A DNA stretch of 64,000 nucleotides, taken from NCBI GenBank assembly GCA_050117845.1, contig JASFLY010000001.1, positions 224,001 through 288,000 on the forward strand. The letters run 5' to 3'. Below the pieces are notes generated by a model. It had not been told where the DNA came from and did no database searches. It saw only the letters and a list, made by a program, of their open reading frames with translations. Origin of the DNA: Candidatus Zixiibacteriota bacterium. GTDB taxonomy: Bacteria > RBG-13-66-14 > B26-G2 > WVWN01. Made by a program: the position numbers and the translations under genes. Shown here piece after piece: positions 20,965-29,462 of the stretch; within the stretch, counting starts at the first letter, position 1; every line of letters starts with the position of its first letter.

Positions 20965-22124
20965 TTCGCTTTGGCCCCCTTCTCTATCACCTTTAAGATA
21001 TCCTCCGGGTCGTGAACGCCCCCGCCGGCGTGCGGGCAAAGCAGCGTCTCGCACCGGCCGGCGGTGCAACGCTGGACCTCGTAGAAAATCTGGCCCAGGT
21101 TGATCTCCACGACGACGAAGGACTTTATCTTCTTCGCGAGTTCGGCGATGCGCTTCTCCGGGAAGGGCCATATCGCCCGGAGGCGGAAGAACCCCACTTT
21201 GATTCCCTTCTCGCGGGCCATGTCAATAGCCATCCGGGACACCCGGGCGCTGATTCCGTAGGAGAGGACGACAACGTCGGCGCCGTCCGTGTCCTCCTCC
21301 TCGAACTCTATGATGTCGTCCGCGTTCTTGCGGATTTTATCCAACAGCCGCGGGACCAGCCACTCCTGGCACTTGATGCTCATGTCGGGGTAGCCGCGCT
21401 CGTCGTGCGTGAGGCCCGTGACGTGGAAGCGGTGCCCCATTCCCGCCACGGCCATATCCGGCACCAGGTCGTCGCCGTAGGCGTACGGCAGGTACTCGCC
21501 CACGGCCGCCTCCGTCAGGCGCCGCGGCTCTATCTCGAGTTCGTCCGCCGGCGGGATTACGACCTTCTCGACCATGTGGCCCACGCACTCGTCGAGGAGC
21601 ACTATGACGGGCGTCCGATATCTCTCGGCCATGTTGAACGCCTTGACCGTCAGGTCGAACGCCTCCTGCGGCGACTGCGGCGCGTAAGCGATTATCTCGT
21701 AGTCGCCGTGGGAGCCCCAGCGCGCCTGCATGACGTCGGCCTGCCCCACCATCGTGGGCAGGCCGGTGGAGGGGCCGCCGCGCTGGACGTTGGCTATAAC
21801 GCACGGCGTCTCGAGCATCGCGGCCAGGCCGATGTTCTCCATCATGAGGCTGATGCCCGGGCCGGAGGTGACCGTCATGGTCCGGGCCCCGCCCCACGCC
21901 GCGCCCACTATCGCCGTGATGGAGGCTATCTCGTCCTCCATCTGTATGAAGATACCGCCGACTTCGGGAAAACGTTCACTTATGTGTTCAGCGCATTCCG
22001 TCGAGGGCGTAATCGGATAACCGGCGAAAAAGCGGCACCCGGCCGCGATGGCGCCCTCCGCCGTGGAGCGGTCGCCGTCGAGGTACAGGGTGCCGGTTCG
22101 AACGCCGATCTGGTCAGCTTTCAC
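20961..22124 (-). CDS. korA: 2-oxoacid:ferredoxin oxidoreductase alpha subunit
   Basis: FFAGYPITPSTE, QMEDEIAS, TSGPG, VQRGGPSTGLPT. Confidence 0.92.
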   Translation of the reverse strand: MKADQIGVRTGTLYLDGDRSTAEGAIAAGCRFFAGYPITPSTECAEHISERFPEVGGIFIQMEDEIASITAIVGAAWGGARTMTVTSGPGISLMMENIGLAAMLETPCVIANVQRGGPSTGLPTMVGQADVMQARWGSHGDYEIIAYAPQSPQEAFDLTVKAFNMAERYRTPVIVLLDECVGHMVEKVVIPPADELEIEPRRLTEAAVGEYLPYAYGDDLVPDMAVAGMGHRFHVTGLTHDERGYPDMSIKCQEWLVPRLLDKIRKNADDIIEFEEEDTDGADVVVLSYGISARVSRMAIDMAREKGIKVGFFRLRAIWPFPEKRIAELAKKIKSFVVVEINLGQIFYEVQRCTAGRCETLLCPHAGGGVHDPEDILKVIEKGAKAK

Positions 22125-22422
22125 GCGCGGTCCCTCCTTCGGCTGATACGGGTTCTTCTTCCACCGTTATGCAATAGATGGCGAACTCGGGGCAGATCAT
22201 CTCGCACAGGTCGCAGTTAACGCAATTCGCCGCGTTAGCGACCCGCGGCGGGTGATAGCCCTTCGAGTTGAACTCGTCGCTCATCTCGAGAACGTCGCGC
22301 GGGCAATACTCGACGCAGAAAGCGCACCCCTTGCACCGCTCCACTATTATGTGGAGTTCGCCCCGGGGTATCTTCATCTTATCGGCGTCGAGGGGCGTCC
22401 GCCAGAACCTCATACTAACCAC
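22114..22422 (-). CDS. korD: 2[4Fe-4S] ferredoxin-like delta subunit
   Basis: CKGCAFCVEYCP, CVNCDLCEMICPEFAI; first gene of the kor operon. Confidence 0.85.
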   Translation of the reverse strand: MVSMRFWRTPLDADKMKIPRGELHIIVERCKGCAFCVEYCPRDVLEMSDEFNSKGYHPPRVANAANCVNCDLCEMICPEFAIYCITVEEEPVSAEGGTARES

Positions 22423-22977
22423 TCCTCACGCGCGCGCGGGACTTCGGCCGCCGTCCCCGCGGCCGGACGCAAACAAAAAGACGCTCCCCGACCGCAACGA
22501 GGCCGTCGGGAAAGCCAATGCCGCCGACCAAACGCCGGCGTTTTCCGTATTGCGATAGGTGGTTGAACAAATGTCGGGCCGTCCGAAAAGAAACGGCGGG
22601 AGGAGGCCTTACGAAGAGCGGGATAAAGGAGCGAGACGTTCCTTACCGCCTGACGTTATAATTATAGAACGTCAACCCGAAAAAAACAAGTTTAAATTCG
22701 TTTTCGAAAGGGGCGGGTTCCCGACCTGCAAAAGACCGCTAAATCTCACGATAAGCCCTCTCGAATAGCGTAGCCATAACAACTTAAAATGAGGTCATAG
22801 TCTTCAAGAGGAAATACAACACGAAGCGGCTTGGATAAGCATCCCTTCCGGGAAGTCCGACAACCAGACGGACACAATCCTAGGCACTCAACTAACAAAG
22901 CGAACTATGAAAAGAAGGTCGTTACTAGTACCTCTTCCAACGGATAATACGAATGAACCAGAATATATAATTATATA

Positions 22978-23005
22978 TTGACACATAATGTTGTTATATT
23001 ATTAT
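22978..23005 (+). promoter_or_regulatory. Putative sigma70 promoter for the NHL-protein gene
   Basis: TTGACA-N16-TATTAT in an AT-rich intergenic region; strong AGGAGG RBS before 23068. Confidence 0.55.
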
Positions 23006-23067
23006 ATAATGGTTTAAAGATTGTTTATTAATTCCATAGCGGAGCATTAATTTACAGGAGGAGTGTA

Positions 23068-24039
23068 ATGAAAACCGGAAATAAAATCCTAGTAACGTTT
23101 ACGATATTACTCCCGCTATGCGCCTCAGCGAATTACGAATACGAGGGAGAATGGGGCGAATACGGGGCGGGGAATGGCCAGTTTGATTCTCCCTGCAATG
23201 CGGATTTATCCGGAGACGGTAACGTTTTCGTGACGGATTCCTATAACGCCCGGATCCAGTACTTCACTTCCACCGGTTCTTATTTAGGACAGTGGAATAA
23301 CGCTGGGTTGGGTACGCTACAAAAACCTTACGCTATAGCGATCAACCCTACCGACGGCGGGTACCTTTACGTTACTGAACACACCCCCATAAATCGGGTA
23401 TGTTATTACACGACGGCAGGGAGTTACGTTGGCACATGGGGTTCATATGGTTCAGGTAACGGCGAATTCGAACGCCCCGTCGGGATTTGCGTCGGTTATA
23501 GCGGTTACGTTTACGTCGCCGATCAAGTGAACCACCGTATCCAATACTTCAACCAAACGGGGTCTTTTTTAGGCAAATGGGGTACCGAAGGTTCCGGGAA
23601 CGGCGAATTTTACCACCCGTCTGCCGTAATCGCGGCGAGCAACGGAGACATTTACGTAGCTGATTTCGGGAACAGCCGGATCCAATACTTCACGTCTACC
23701 GGTTCGTACTTAGGGCAATGGGGTTCCTACGGAACGGGCAACGGTCAGTTTTTCGGCCCAGGCGGTATCGATATGGATTCGAGCGATAATGTTTTCGTTT
23801 CGGAATACCACAACCACCGCGTCCAATACTTCACTTCGACAGGTTCGTATTTAGGTAAATGGGGTTCATATGGAGACGGAGACGGCGAATTCGATTACCC
23901 CCGTTGCGTATGCGTGACTGACGACGGTAGTTGCGTATACGTGGTCGACACAGGAAACTACCGCATCCAATACTTTTACGAATACGACGTAAATATCGCA
24001 CCTTCGTCGTTCGGTAGGATTAAAGCCATTTACAATTAA
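23068..24039 (+). CDS. Secreted NHL-repeat six-bladed beta-propeller protein
   Basis: Signal peptide; repeated RIQYFTSTGSYLGxWGSYGxGNGxF units; C-terminal IAPSSFGRIKAIYN. Confidence 0.9.
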   Translation: MKTGNKILVTFTILLPLCASANYEYEGEWGEYGAGNGQFDSPCNADLSGDGNVFVTDSYNARIQYFTSTGSYLGQWNNAGLGTLQKPYAIAINPTDGGYLYVTEHTPINRVCYYTTAGSYVGTWGSYGSGNGEFERPVGICVGYSGYVYVADQVNHRIQYFNQTGSFLGKWGTEGSGNGEFYHPSAVIAASNGDIYVADFGNSRIQYFTSTGSYLGQWGSYGTGNGQFFGPGGIDMDSSDNVFVSEYHNHRVQYFTSTGSYLGKWGSYGDGDGEFDYPRCVCVTDDGSCVYVVDTGNYRIQYFYEYDVNIAPSSFGRIKAIYN

Positions 24040-24107
24040 ACGCCATATACATCCTTAACGCCCCAGCGTAAGACCGACCAGCCCCGTGAGATTCCCGATG
24101 AAACTGA

Positions 24108-24137
24108 ACCGGGTTATCTTTCGGAAGATAACCCGGT
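24108..24137. terminator. Perfect 13-bp hairpin after the NHL gene (terminator or stabiliser)
   Basis: ACCGGGTTATCTT-tcgg-AAGATAACCCGGT. Confidence 0.5.
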
Positions 24138-24391
24138 CCGGTTTATTTCACGAGAACCGTACCGCCAAACCATAGGTTTAATAAATGGCGGGATGGGTCG
24201 TCGCGTTCCTTATTAACAACCCAACTCAAAATAATAAGAGAGCTTCAAACCGTTACCAGGGTAAACACCGGGCGTTTATTCTGGAGCTAATGAACCGGTT
24301 TAATTATTTGACTCAATTAGCTATGTCTGTTATATTTAGGGTAGGAGAGGGTAAGTATCCGGGGACGCCCGGAGAAGGTGGAGGTACGCGT

Positions 24392-25216
24392 ATGGATACC
24401 CCAGCCCGTTTAAAGGGCGTAACGCTAATCGTTTTAATCCTCTGCGGAGTTTTGGCCTCGCCGGCGGCCCGGGCCGCCAGCGACCGCATCGTCGCGTCGT
24501 ACGCCACGCCGACCAACTACCCGTACGGCCTCGCGTACGCCGACGGGACCCTTTATCTCGGCGATTACGTCACGAAAACGGTTTATCAAATCGACCCGGA
24601 CAACGGCTCCGTGATGGGTTCGTACGTCCCCACGCCGGCGCCTAATGGATACATGTACGGCCTGGCCTACTCCTCCGGTTACCTCTGGGCCACGGCCGGG
24701 AGCCCGGCACGGCTCTACCGTATGGAGACGACGAGCGGCTCCGTGGTCTCGAGTTACGCCGTTAGCGGCGTCTCGGCCGGCAACGGCCTGGCTGCGGACG
24801 CGGATTATATCTACCTCGCCAATAACAACTACCCGGACTACTATGTATATAAATACTCCATATCGGGGGGCTCGGTCGTCTCGAGCTGGAACGGCGCCAA
24901 GTACCCCGACGGCCTGACGGTCATCAATCACGTTCCCACCTCTCAAAACGTTCTGTTAAACCTGGGCAACATCGACGGCTGGGTCCAAATCTACGATCTG
25001 GACGGTACGCTCCACGAGGGCGAGCAGTTCCTGATAGACGCCCCCTGCCCCGAAACCAACTACGTCGGCGACCTGGCCACGAAAGACGATACGCACATTT
25101 TCTTCGCTTCCGATTATTTAAAGGTATTGTACGAACTCGAAATCAACTGGGGGGGACAGGAGGAACCGGCGGTAGAACCCGTAAGCTTCGGCCGGGTGAA
25201 GGCCCTGTTTAGATGA
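24392..25216 (+). CDS. Secreted beta-propeller-like protein
   Basis: GGAGG RBS and ATG at 24392; signal peptide ending AARA; repeated P.GLA(Y)...LW/LY blades; C-terminal VEPVSFGRVKALFR. Confidence 0.75.
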   Translation: MDTPARLKGVTLIVLILCGVLASPAARAASDRIVASYATPTNYPYGLAYADGTLYLGDYVTKTVYQIDPDNGSVMGSYVPTPAPNGYMYGLAYSSGYLWATAGSPARLYRMETTSGSVVSSYAVSGVSAGNGLAADADYIYLANNNYPDYYVYKYSISGGSVVSSWNGAKYPDGLTVINHVPTSQNVLLNLGNIDGWVQIYDLDGTLHEGEQFLIDAPCPETNYVGDLATKDDTHIFFASDYLKVLYELEINWGGQEEPAVEPVSFGRVKALFR

Positions 25217-26040
25217 AATTCGCCATCGGCCCTCCCTGGCTCCGGATTGCGTTTTCCCCCGGCGACGACCGGGTCGCGGGGATGCTCCGGGCCATCTTCG
25301 CCCACGCCCGGCCCGGCGAGGAGAACGGCGACGGGCCGGAATTGGCGGTAGTGCGAACGGCCGAGGCCGGGGAGGAAGAAGGCTGGGCCGCGCTGGAAGG
25401 GGACGTCTTTCGCGCCGGCCGGAACTCCGCGGCCGCCTGGTACGACTTCTCGGAAAGCCGGGGGGAAGTGACGCTCTCCCCCCAAAACGGCGCCTTCGTC
25501 GAGAATTTCGTGCGGCAGGTTTTCATCTGGGAAAGCTACCGGAGGGGGGGCCTGGTTTTGCACTCGGCGGCGTTCGCCATGGAAGGCGACGTGGTGGTAT
25601 CCTGCGGGGAAAGCAACAGCGGGAAGTCGACGCTGTCCCGGATACTGAAAGAACGCGTTCAGGTGTATTCGGACGAGATGAACGTCGTCGACGGAGAAGG
25701 CCGCGTGTGGGGGTTGCCGTTCCTTGGAACGGGCGTGGATCGGGTGCAAGTCGGCGGGGGAAAATTGCGGGCCCTAACGTTCCATCGGCCCGGGGACGAT
25801 TTCCGGGCTACGGCGCTCGCGCCGGCGGACGTCGCCCGCCACCTATGGCCCAACGTTTTCGTCCCGGAAGCAATCGATACGGCGTTAAGGGAGACGGTTT
25901 TCGACCTCGCCGCGGCTGTAGCGGCCCGGACGGCCGGTTTCACGGTCGAAATCCCATTGGAGGAGAGCGTTACCTACGCCGGTTTTCGCAATCTAATTAA
26001 AGCCGCAGCGCTTCGGAAGGAAGGACAGCATGAAGCGTAG
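25213..26040 (+). CDS. HPr-kinase-like P-loop protein, RiPP-cluster associated
   Basis: VLHSAA...GESNSGKSTL...YSDE matches the HprK C-terminal pattern (LHxS..GxSGxGKST..SDD); ATGA-coupled to the upstream gene. Confidence 0.75.
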   Translation: MKFAIGPPWLRIAFSPGDDRVAGMLRAIFAHARPGEENGDGPELAVVRTAEAGEEEGWAALEGDVFRAGRNSAAAWYDFSESRGEVTLSPQNGAFVENFVRQVFIWESYRRGGLVLHSAAFAMEGDVVVSCGESNSGKSTLSRILKERVQVYSDEMNVVDGEGRVWGLPFLGTGVDRVQVGGGKLRALTFHRPGDDFRATALAPADVARHLWPNVFVPEAIDTALRETVFDLAAAVAARTAGFTVEIPLEESVTYAGFRNLIKAAALRKEGQHEA

Positions 26041-26227
26041 ATACGAAAAGCCGACGGTCGCGAGCGAGCGCGTATTTTCCCTTGCGTCCCAGGGGTGCGA
26101 CGTAAACCGGGAATCCCCCGGCGTCTGCGCCAACAACATTACGTACGAACCCTGCTACCCGTTCTCGTGGAAAGTACAGAACCTCTTTTGCGGGAACCCC
26201 GGCTCGAACCCCTCGTCCCGGTCGTAG
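26030..26227 (+). CDS. Putative RiPP precursor peptide A1 (65 aa, 4 Cys)
   Basis: MKRRYEKPTV leader with YxxP RRE-recognition motif; core C-x9-C-x8-C-x11-C; paralogous to 26350..26547. Confidence 0.85.
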   Translation: MKRRYEKPTVASERVFSLASQGCDVNRESPGVCANNITYEPCYPFSWKVQNLFCGNPGSNPSSRS

Positions 26228-26349
26228 CATTTACCGCGCCGGCGGCCGTATCGGGAGACGCGCCGCCGACGTATACATAAAGGTTGGAAGCAAAAGAGCA
26301 CCCAATACTACCCACGCACTGAGAAGCGCCACCGCCGGAGGTGGTCGTG

Positions 26350-26547
26350 GTGAAAAAAAGATACGACAAACCGTCGATAGGCAGTCAAAAGGTTTTCTCG
26401 ATGACGTCACAGTCTTGCATGGTGAATCAACCCTCGCCCGGCGTGTGCGGAGACGGCATTAAATACGAAGGTGTCTGCGACTTTCATTACAAAATCCGCA
26501 ACGCCGAATGCCCGGACCTCGGTTGGCCTCCGGTCCCGTTCTCGTAA
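26350..26547 (+). CDS. Putative RiPP precursor peptide A2 (65 aa, 4 Cys)
   Basis: GGAGG RBS and GTG start; MKKRYDKPSI leader; core C-x9-C-x9-C-x10-C. Confidence 0.85.
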   Translation: MKKRYDKPSIGSQKVFSMTSQSCMVNQPSPGVCGDGIKYEGVCDFHYKIRNAECPDLGWPPVPFS

Positions 26548-26570
26548 CGGGCGGCGGGGACCCAGAAGCT

Positions 26571-26840
26571 ATGGCGTATCGACTTCGAAAAGAAGAAATT
26601 GCCTATCGTAAAATCGGCGACGAATTCTTCGTCCTGACGACCGAAGACAGCACGCTCCACAACGTCTCCGGCGTCGGCGTAAGGATAATGGAGTTGCTCG
26701 ACGCCGATAAAAGCGAGGACGAAATCCTCCGCATCCTCGGGGAGGAGTACGAGGCCGACGAGGCCGAAATCGCGGCGGACCTCGCTTCCTTTTTGGATGA
26801 ATTGCGGGCCAAGGGCATCATCACCGAGAACGACCGGTAA
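26571..26840 (+). CDS. Stand-alone PqqD-family RiPP recognition element (RRE)
   Basis: 89 aa; IAYRKIGDEFFVL..LHNVSGVGVRIMELLD..ILGEEYEAD..DLASFLDELRAKGII, a typical PqqD pattern. Confidence 0.88.
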   Translation: MAYRLRKEEIAYRKIGDEFFVLTTEDSTLHNVSGVGVRIMELLDADKSEDEILRILGEEYEADEAEIAADLASFLDELRAKGIITENDR

Positions 26841-26894
26841 CATCGCCCCGTAATCCGTTGAGCCGAGGGCACGCGCCGTCGGCGTTTTGCTATC

Positions 26895-27962
26895 ATGAAA
26901 CCGGAAGACGAAATTTACCGCAAGCTCATCTACGACACCGCGGCGCACCGCATCCCGTTCACGATCATGTGCAACCTCACGCACCGGTGCCCGCTCGGCT
27001 GCAAGCATTGCTACGTCGTGGATCCGGAGGGCGCCGGCGAGGAACTGACCCTCGCCGAATACGAGTCGCTCTTCGACGACCTCGCCGCCGCCGGCACGCT
27101 CTTCCTGACGTTCTCCGGCGGCGACCCCCTGTGCCGGGACGACTTCCTCGATATAGTCGCCGCCGGCCGCGAACGGCACTTCGCCGTCCGCGTCTTCACG
27201 GGCGCCCTTCCCATGGACGAATCGATGGCCCGGGAGCTGGCCGCCCTCCACCCCATCGCCGTGGAGATATCCCTGCACGCCGCGACGCCCCGGCTTCACG
27301 ACGACTTCGTCGGCGCGCCCGGGACCTGGGAACACGCCGTGGCCGCCACCCGCTGGCTGACGGAAGCGGGAACCCGGGTCGTCCTGAAGATGAACCTGAT
27401 GAACTTCAACTGCCACGAACTCCGCGAGCTCTACGAGCTCGCCGCGTCCCTCGGCGCCGAGTTCCGCTACTCGCCGTACGTATCGGTCGCGAACGACGGC
27501 GACCCCGCGGCCGTCACGACCCGCATGTCCGACGAACAACTCCTCGAATACTTCCGCACCGTCAAGGAATGGGTCCCGTCCCTGCGCGAGGGCGAGGTCT
27601 GCGACGAGGAGATAGCGTCCTCGGTCCGGTACAACGAACGAGCCCTTAGCTGCCTCGCCGGTTTCAACAACTGCTCCATCGACCCGTACGGCAACGTCTG
27701 GCCCTGCGTCTCGCTCCCCATCGACCTCGGCAACCTGCGCGAAAAATCGTTCGACGAGATATGGCGCGGCGAACGGGCGGAGTACGTCCGGGGCCTGGGG
27801 GAAACCGTCTCCGAGGAGTGCGCCGGCTGCGAGCTCGACCGCTACTGCTTCCGCTGCCCGGCCTTCTCCATGCTCGAGGAGGGGGACATCAAGAAGCGCT
27901 CGTACGAGCATTGCCGCGTCGCCCGGGCCGCCCGGGAAGTGCTCAAAAGGCCCCTCCGCTAA
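26895..27962 (+). CDS. Radical SAM/SPASM-domain peptide maturase
   Basis: CPLGCKHC (CxxxCxxC), FSGGDP, SPASM CLAG..C.IDPYGNVWPC..CAGCELDRYCFRCP..HC. Confidence 0.93.
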   Translation: MKPEDEIYRKLIYDTAAHRIPFTIMCNLTHRCPLGCKHCYVVDPEGAGEELTLAEYESLFDDLAAAGTLFLTFSGGDPLCRDDFLDIVAAGRERHFAVRVFTGALPMDESMARELAALHPIAVEISLHAATPRLHDDFVGAPGTWEHAVAATRWLTEAGTRVVLKMNLMNFNCHELRELYELAASLGAEFRYSPYVSVANDGDPAAVTTRMSDEQLLEYFRTVKEWVPSLREGEVCDEEIASSVRYNERALSCLAGFNNCSIDPYGNVWPCVSLPIDLGNLREKSFDEIWRGERAEYVRGLGETVSEECAGCELDRYCFRCPAFSMLEEGDIKKRSYEHCRVARAAREVLKRPLR

Positions 27963-27974
27963 TACTTCCCCGCA

Positions 27975-28010
27975 AAACAAAAACCCGGCCTGGGCCGGGT
28001 GTATTATTTA
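27975..28010. terminator. Probable bidirectional terminator between the rSAM and MATE genes
   Basis: A run, ACCCGGC-ctgg-GCCGGGT hairpin, T-rich tail. Confidence 0.6.
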
Positions 28011-28030
28011 TTCAACCTCCGCAGTAGTCT

Positions 28031-29386
28031 CTACAGCTTCCGGCGCTTCCACACGCCCGTCCGGAATACGAAGTACATAACCACCCCTTCCAGCACCGTC
28101 GGGATCGTTACCGCCCAGTACACCCCCGTTACTCCCATTCCCATCACGTCCGCCAAAACGTAGGCCAGCGGAATACGGACGCCGAGGAGCACCACCGCCG
28201 TTACGATAAGCGGCGGCACCGAAACGCCGGCCCCGCTCATAGACCGCGAGAGGACCATCCCGGGCGGCACGAATATGTAGGCCGGCGCGCAAATGTACAG
28301 GTACAACACGCCCAACTCCACCACCGCCGGCGTGTCGTCGAATATCCCCACCCAGTATCGGGCGAAGAGGACCAACCCCGCCGCCATGGCCGCCACGATG
28401 ACGGCGTACAGGCCGACCGAGGTCATCGCCGTGCGCTCCGCCCGCTCCTTCTTCCCCGCTCCCAGGTTCTGGCCCACCAGTATCGCCGCCGACATCGCGA
28501 GCGCGAAGCCCGGCATCAACATCAAACCCGTCAGTTGGCCGCCGATGCCGTAGGCCGCGATGGCCGCCGTCCCCGCCGACGCCACGAAACCGACCAGGAC
28601 GACGGCCGCGGCCGCCCGGATCAACATCTGGGCGCTGGCCGGTATCCCGATGGTCAGCACCTGCAAAGCCATCCGGCCGCTGAGGTTGGAAACCGTGAAC
28701 GCCCGCCACGGCAGATGACGCCGTATGAACACGACGGCCGCCGCCACCAAACCTACCGTGTACGCCAGCACCGTCGCCAGCGCGGCGCCGCGCACTCCCA
28801 GCTCCGGGGCGGGACCCAGGCCGAAAATCAACACGGGGTCGAGGGCGACGTTCAGGAGCACGGCCCCGGCGACGATGAGCGTCGGCGTCACCGAGTCGCC
28901 CATGCCCCGTATCATGGCGTTGATCATTACCATGAATACGAACGCGAATCCCCCCAGGAAAAATATCACGATGTACCCGTACGCCAGGTCGACGACGTGC
29001 GCTTCGGCTCCCAATAGCTTGAGGAGCGGTTTGCCGACCGCAGGCCCCCCCGCCGCCATCAAAACCGTGAGAAGCACCGAGGCCGCCAGCGTCGTAATCA
29101 TGGCGCGCCGCAGGCTGGCGTCGTCCCGCGCCCCGTGGAAGCGGGTGACCAGCGCCTGGGAACCTATGGCGACGCCGATTATCGTCGTCCACACCAGCCA
29201 TATGGCGAGGCCGGCCACCGAGACCGCGGCGATCGCCGCCGTCCCGAGCCGGCTCACGAAATACATGTCGGCGATGTTGAACGCGCTCTGCAGCAGGTTC
29301 CCGGCCATGGTGGGAACCGCCAGCCAGAGTATCGGCTTGATGAGAGAACCGGACGTGAGGTCCGCATTGCGGAAACGTTCTAACAT
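28031..29386 (-). CDS. MATE-family efflux transporter
   Basis: About 12 TM segments; DMYFVSRLG, RGMGDSVTP, LNVALDPVLIFG, GVRGAALAT, VGQNLGA. Confidence 0.93.
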   Translation of the reverse strand: MLERFRNADLTSGSLIKPILWLAVPTMAGNLLQSAFNIADMYFVSRLGTAAIAAVSVAGLAIWLVWTTIIGVAIGSQALVTRFHGARDDASLRRAMITTLAASVLLTVLMAAGGPAVGKPLLKLLGAEAHVVDLAYGYIVIFFLGGFAFVFMVMINAMIRGMGDSVTPTLIVAGAVLLNVALDPVLIFGLGPAPELGVRGAALATVLAYTVGLVAAAVVFIRRHLPWRAFTVSNLSGRMALQVLTIGIPASAQMLIRAAAAVVLVGFVASAGTAAIAAYGIGGQLTGLMLMPGFALAMSAAILVGQNLGAGKKERAERTAMTSVGLYAVIVAAMAAGLVLFARYWVGIFDDTPAVVELGVLYLYICAPAYIFVPPGMVLSRSMSGAGVSVPPLIVTAVVLLGVRIPLAYVLADVMGMGVTGVYWAVTIPTVLEGVVMYFVFRTGVWKRRKL

Positions 29387-29462
29387 ATCGCAGTTTTATC
29401 GGGGAGAAAAAGGCCGCCGCGCCCGCGACGGCCCCCCGCCCGACTCGCCTCGGCCCGCCGCC

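Noticed and set aside
22559..22768. 69-aa ORF in the kor upstream region
   Set aside because: No convincing RBS or motif; lies in the probable promoter region
23240..23980. Regularly spaced DNA repeats (ATCCAATACTTC...) resembling a CRISPR array
   Set aside because: They are the coding NHL repeats, imperfect and in frame; no cas genes are present
24185..24391. N-terminal extension of the 343-aa ORF
   Set aside because: AT-rich promoter-like sequence; a better start with GGAGG RBS and signal peptide lies at 24392
26030..26547. Lasso peptide interpretation of the precursors
   Set aside because: YxxP leader and kinase fit, but there is no lasso cyclase (asparagine-synthetase-like) or B2 protease; the maturase is an rSAM/SPASM enzyme
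26571..27962. PQQ biosynthesis (pqqD/pqqE)
   Set aside because: No pqqA (ExxxY peptide), pqqB or pqqC; the precursors are long and Cys-rich
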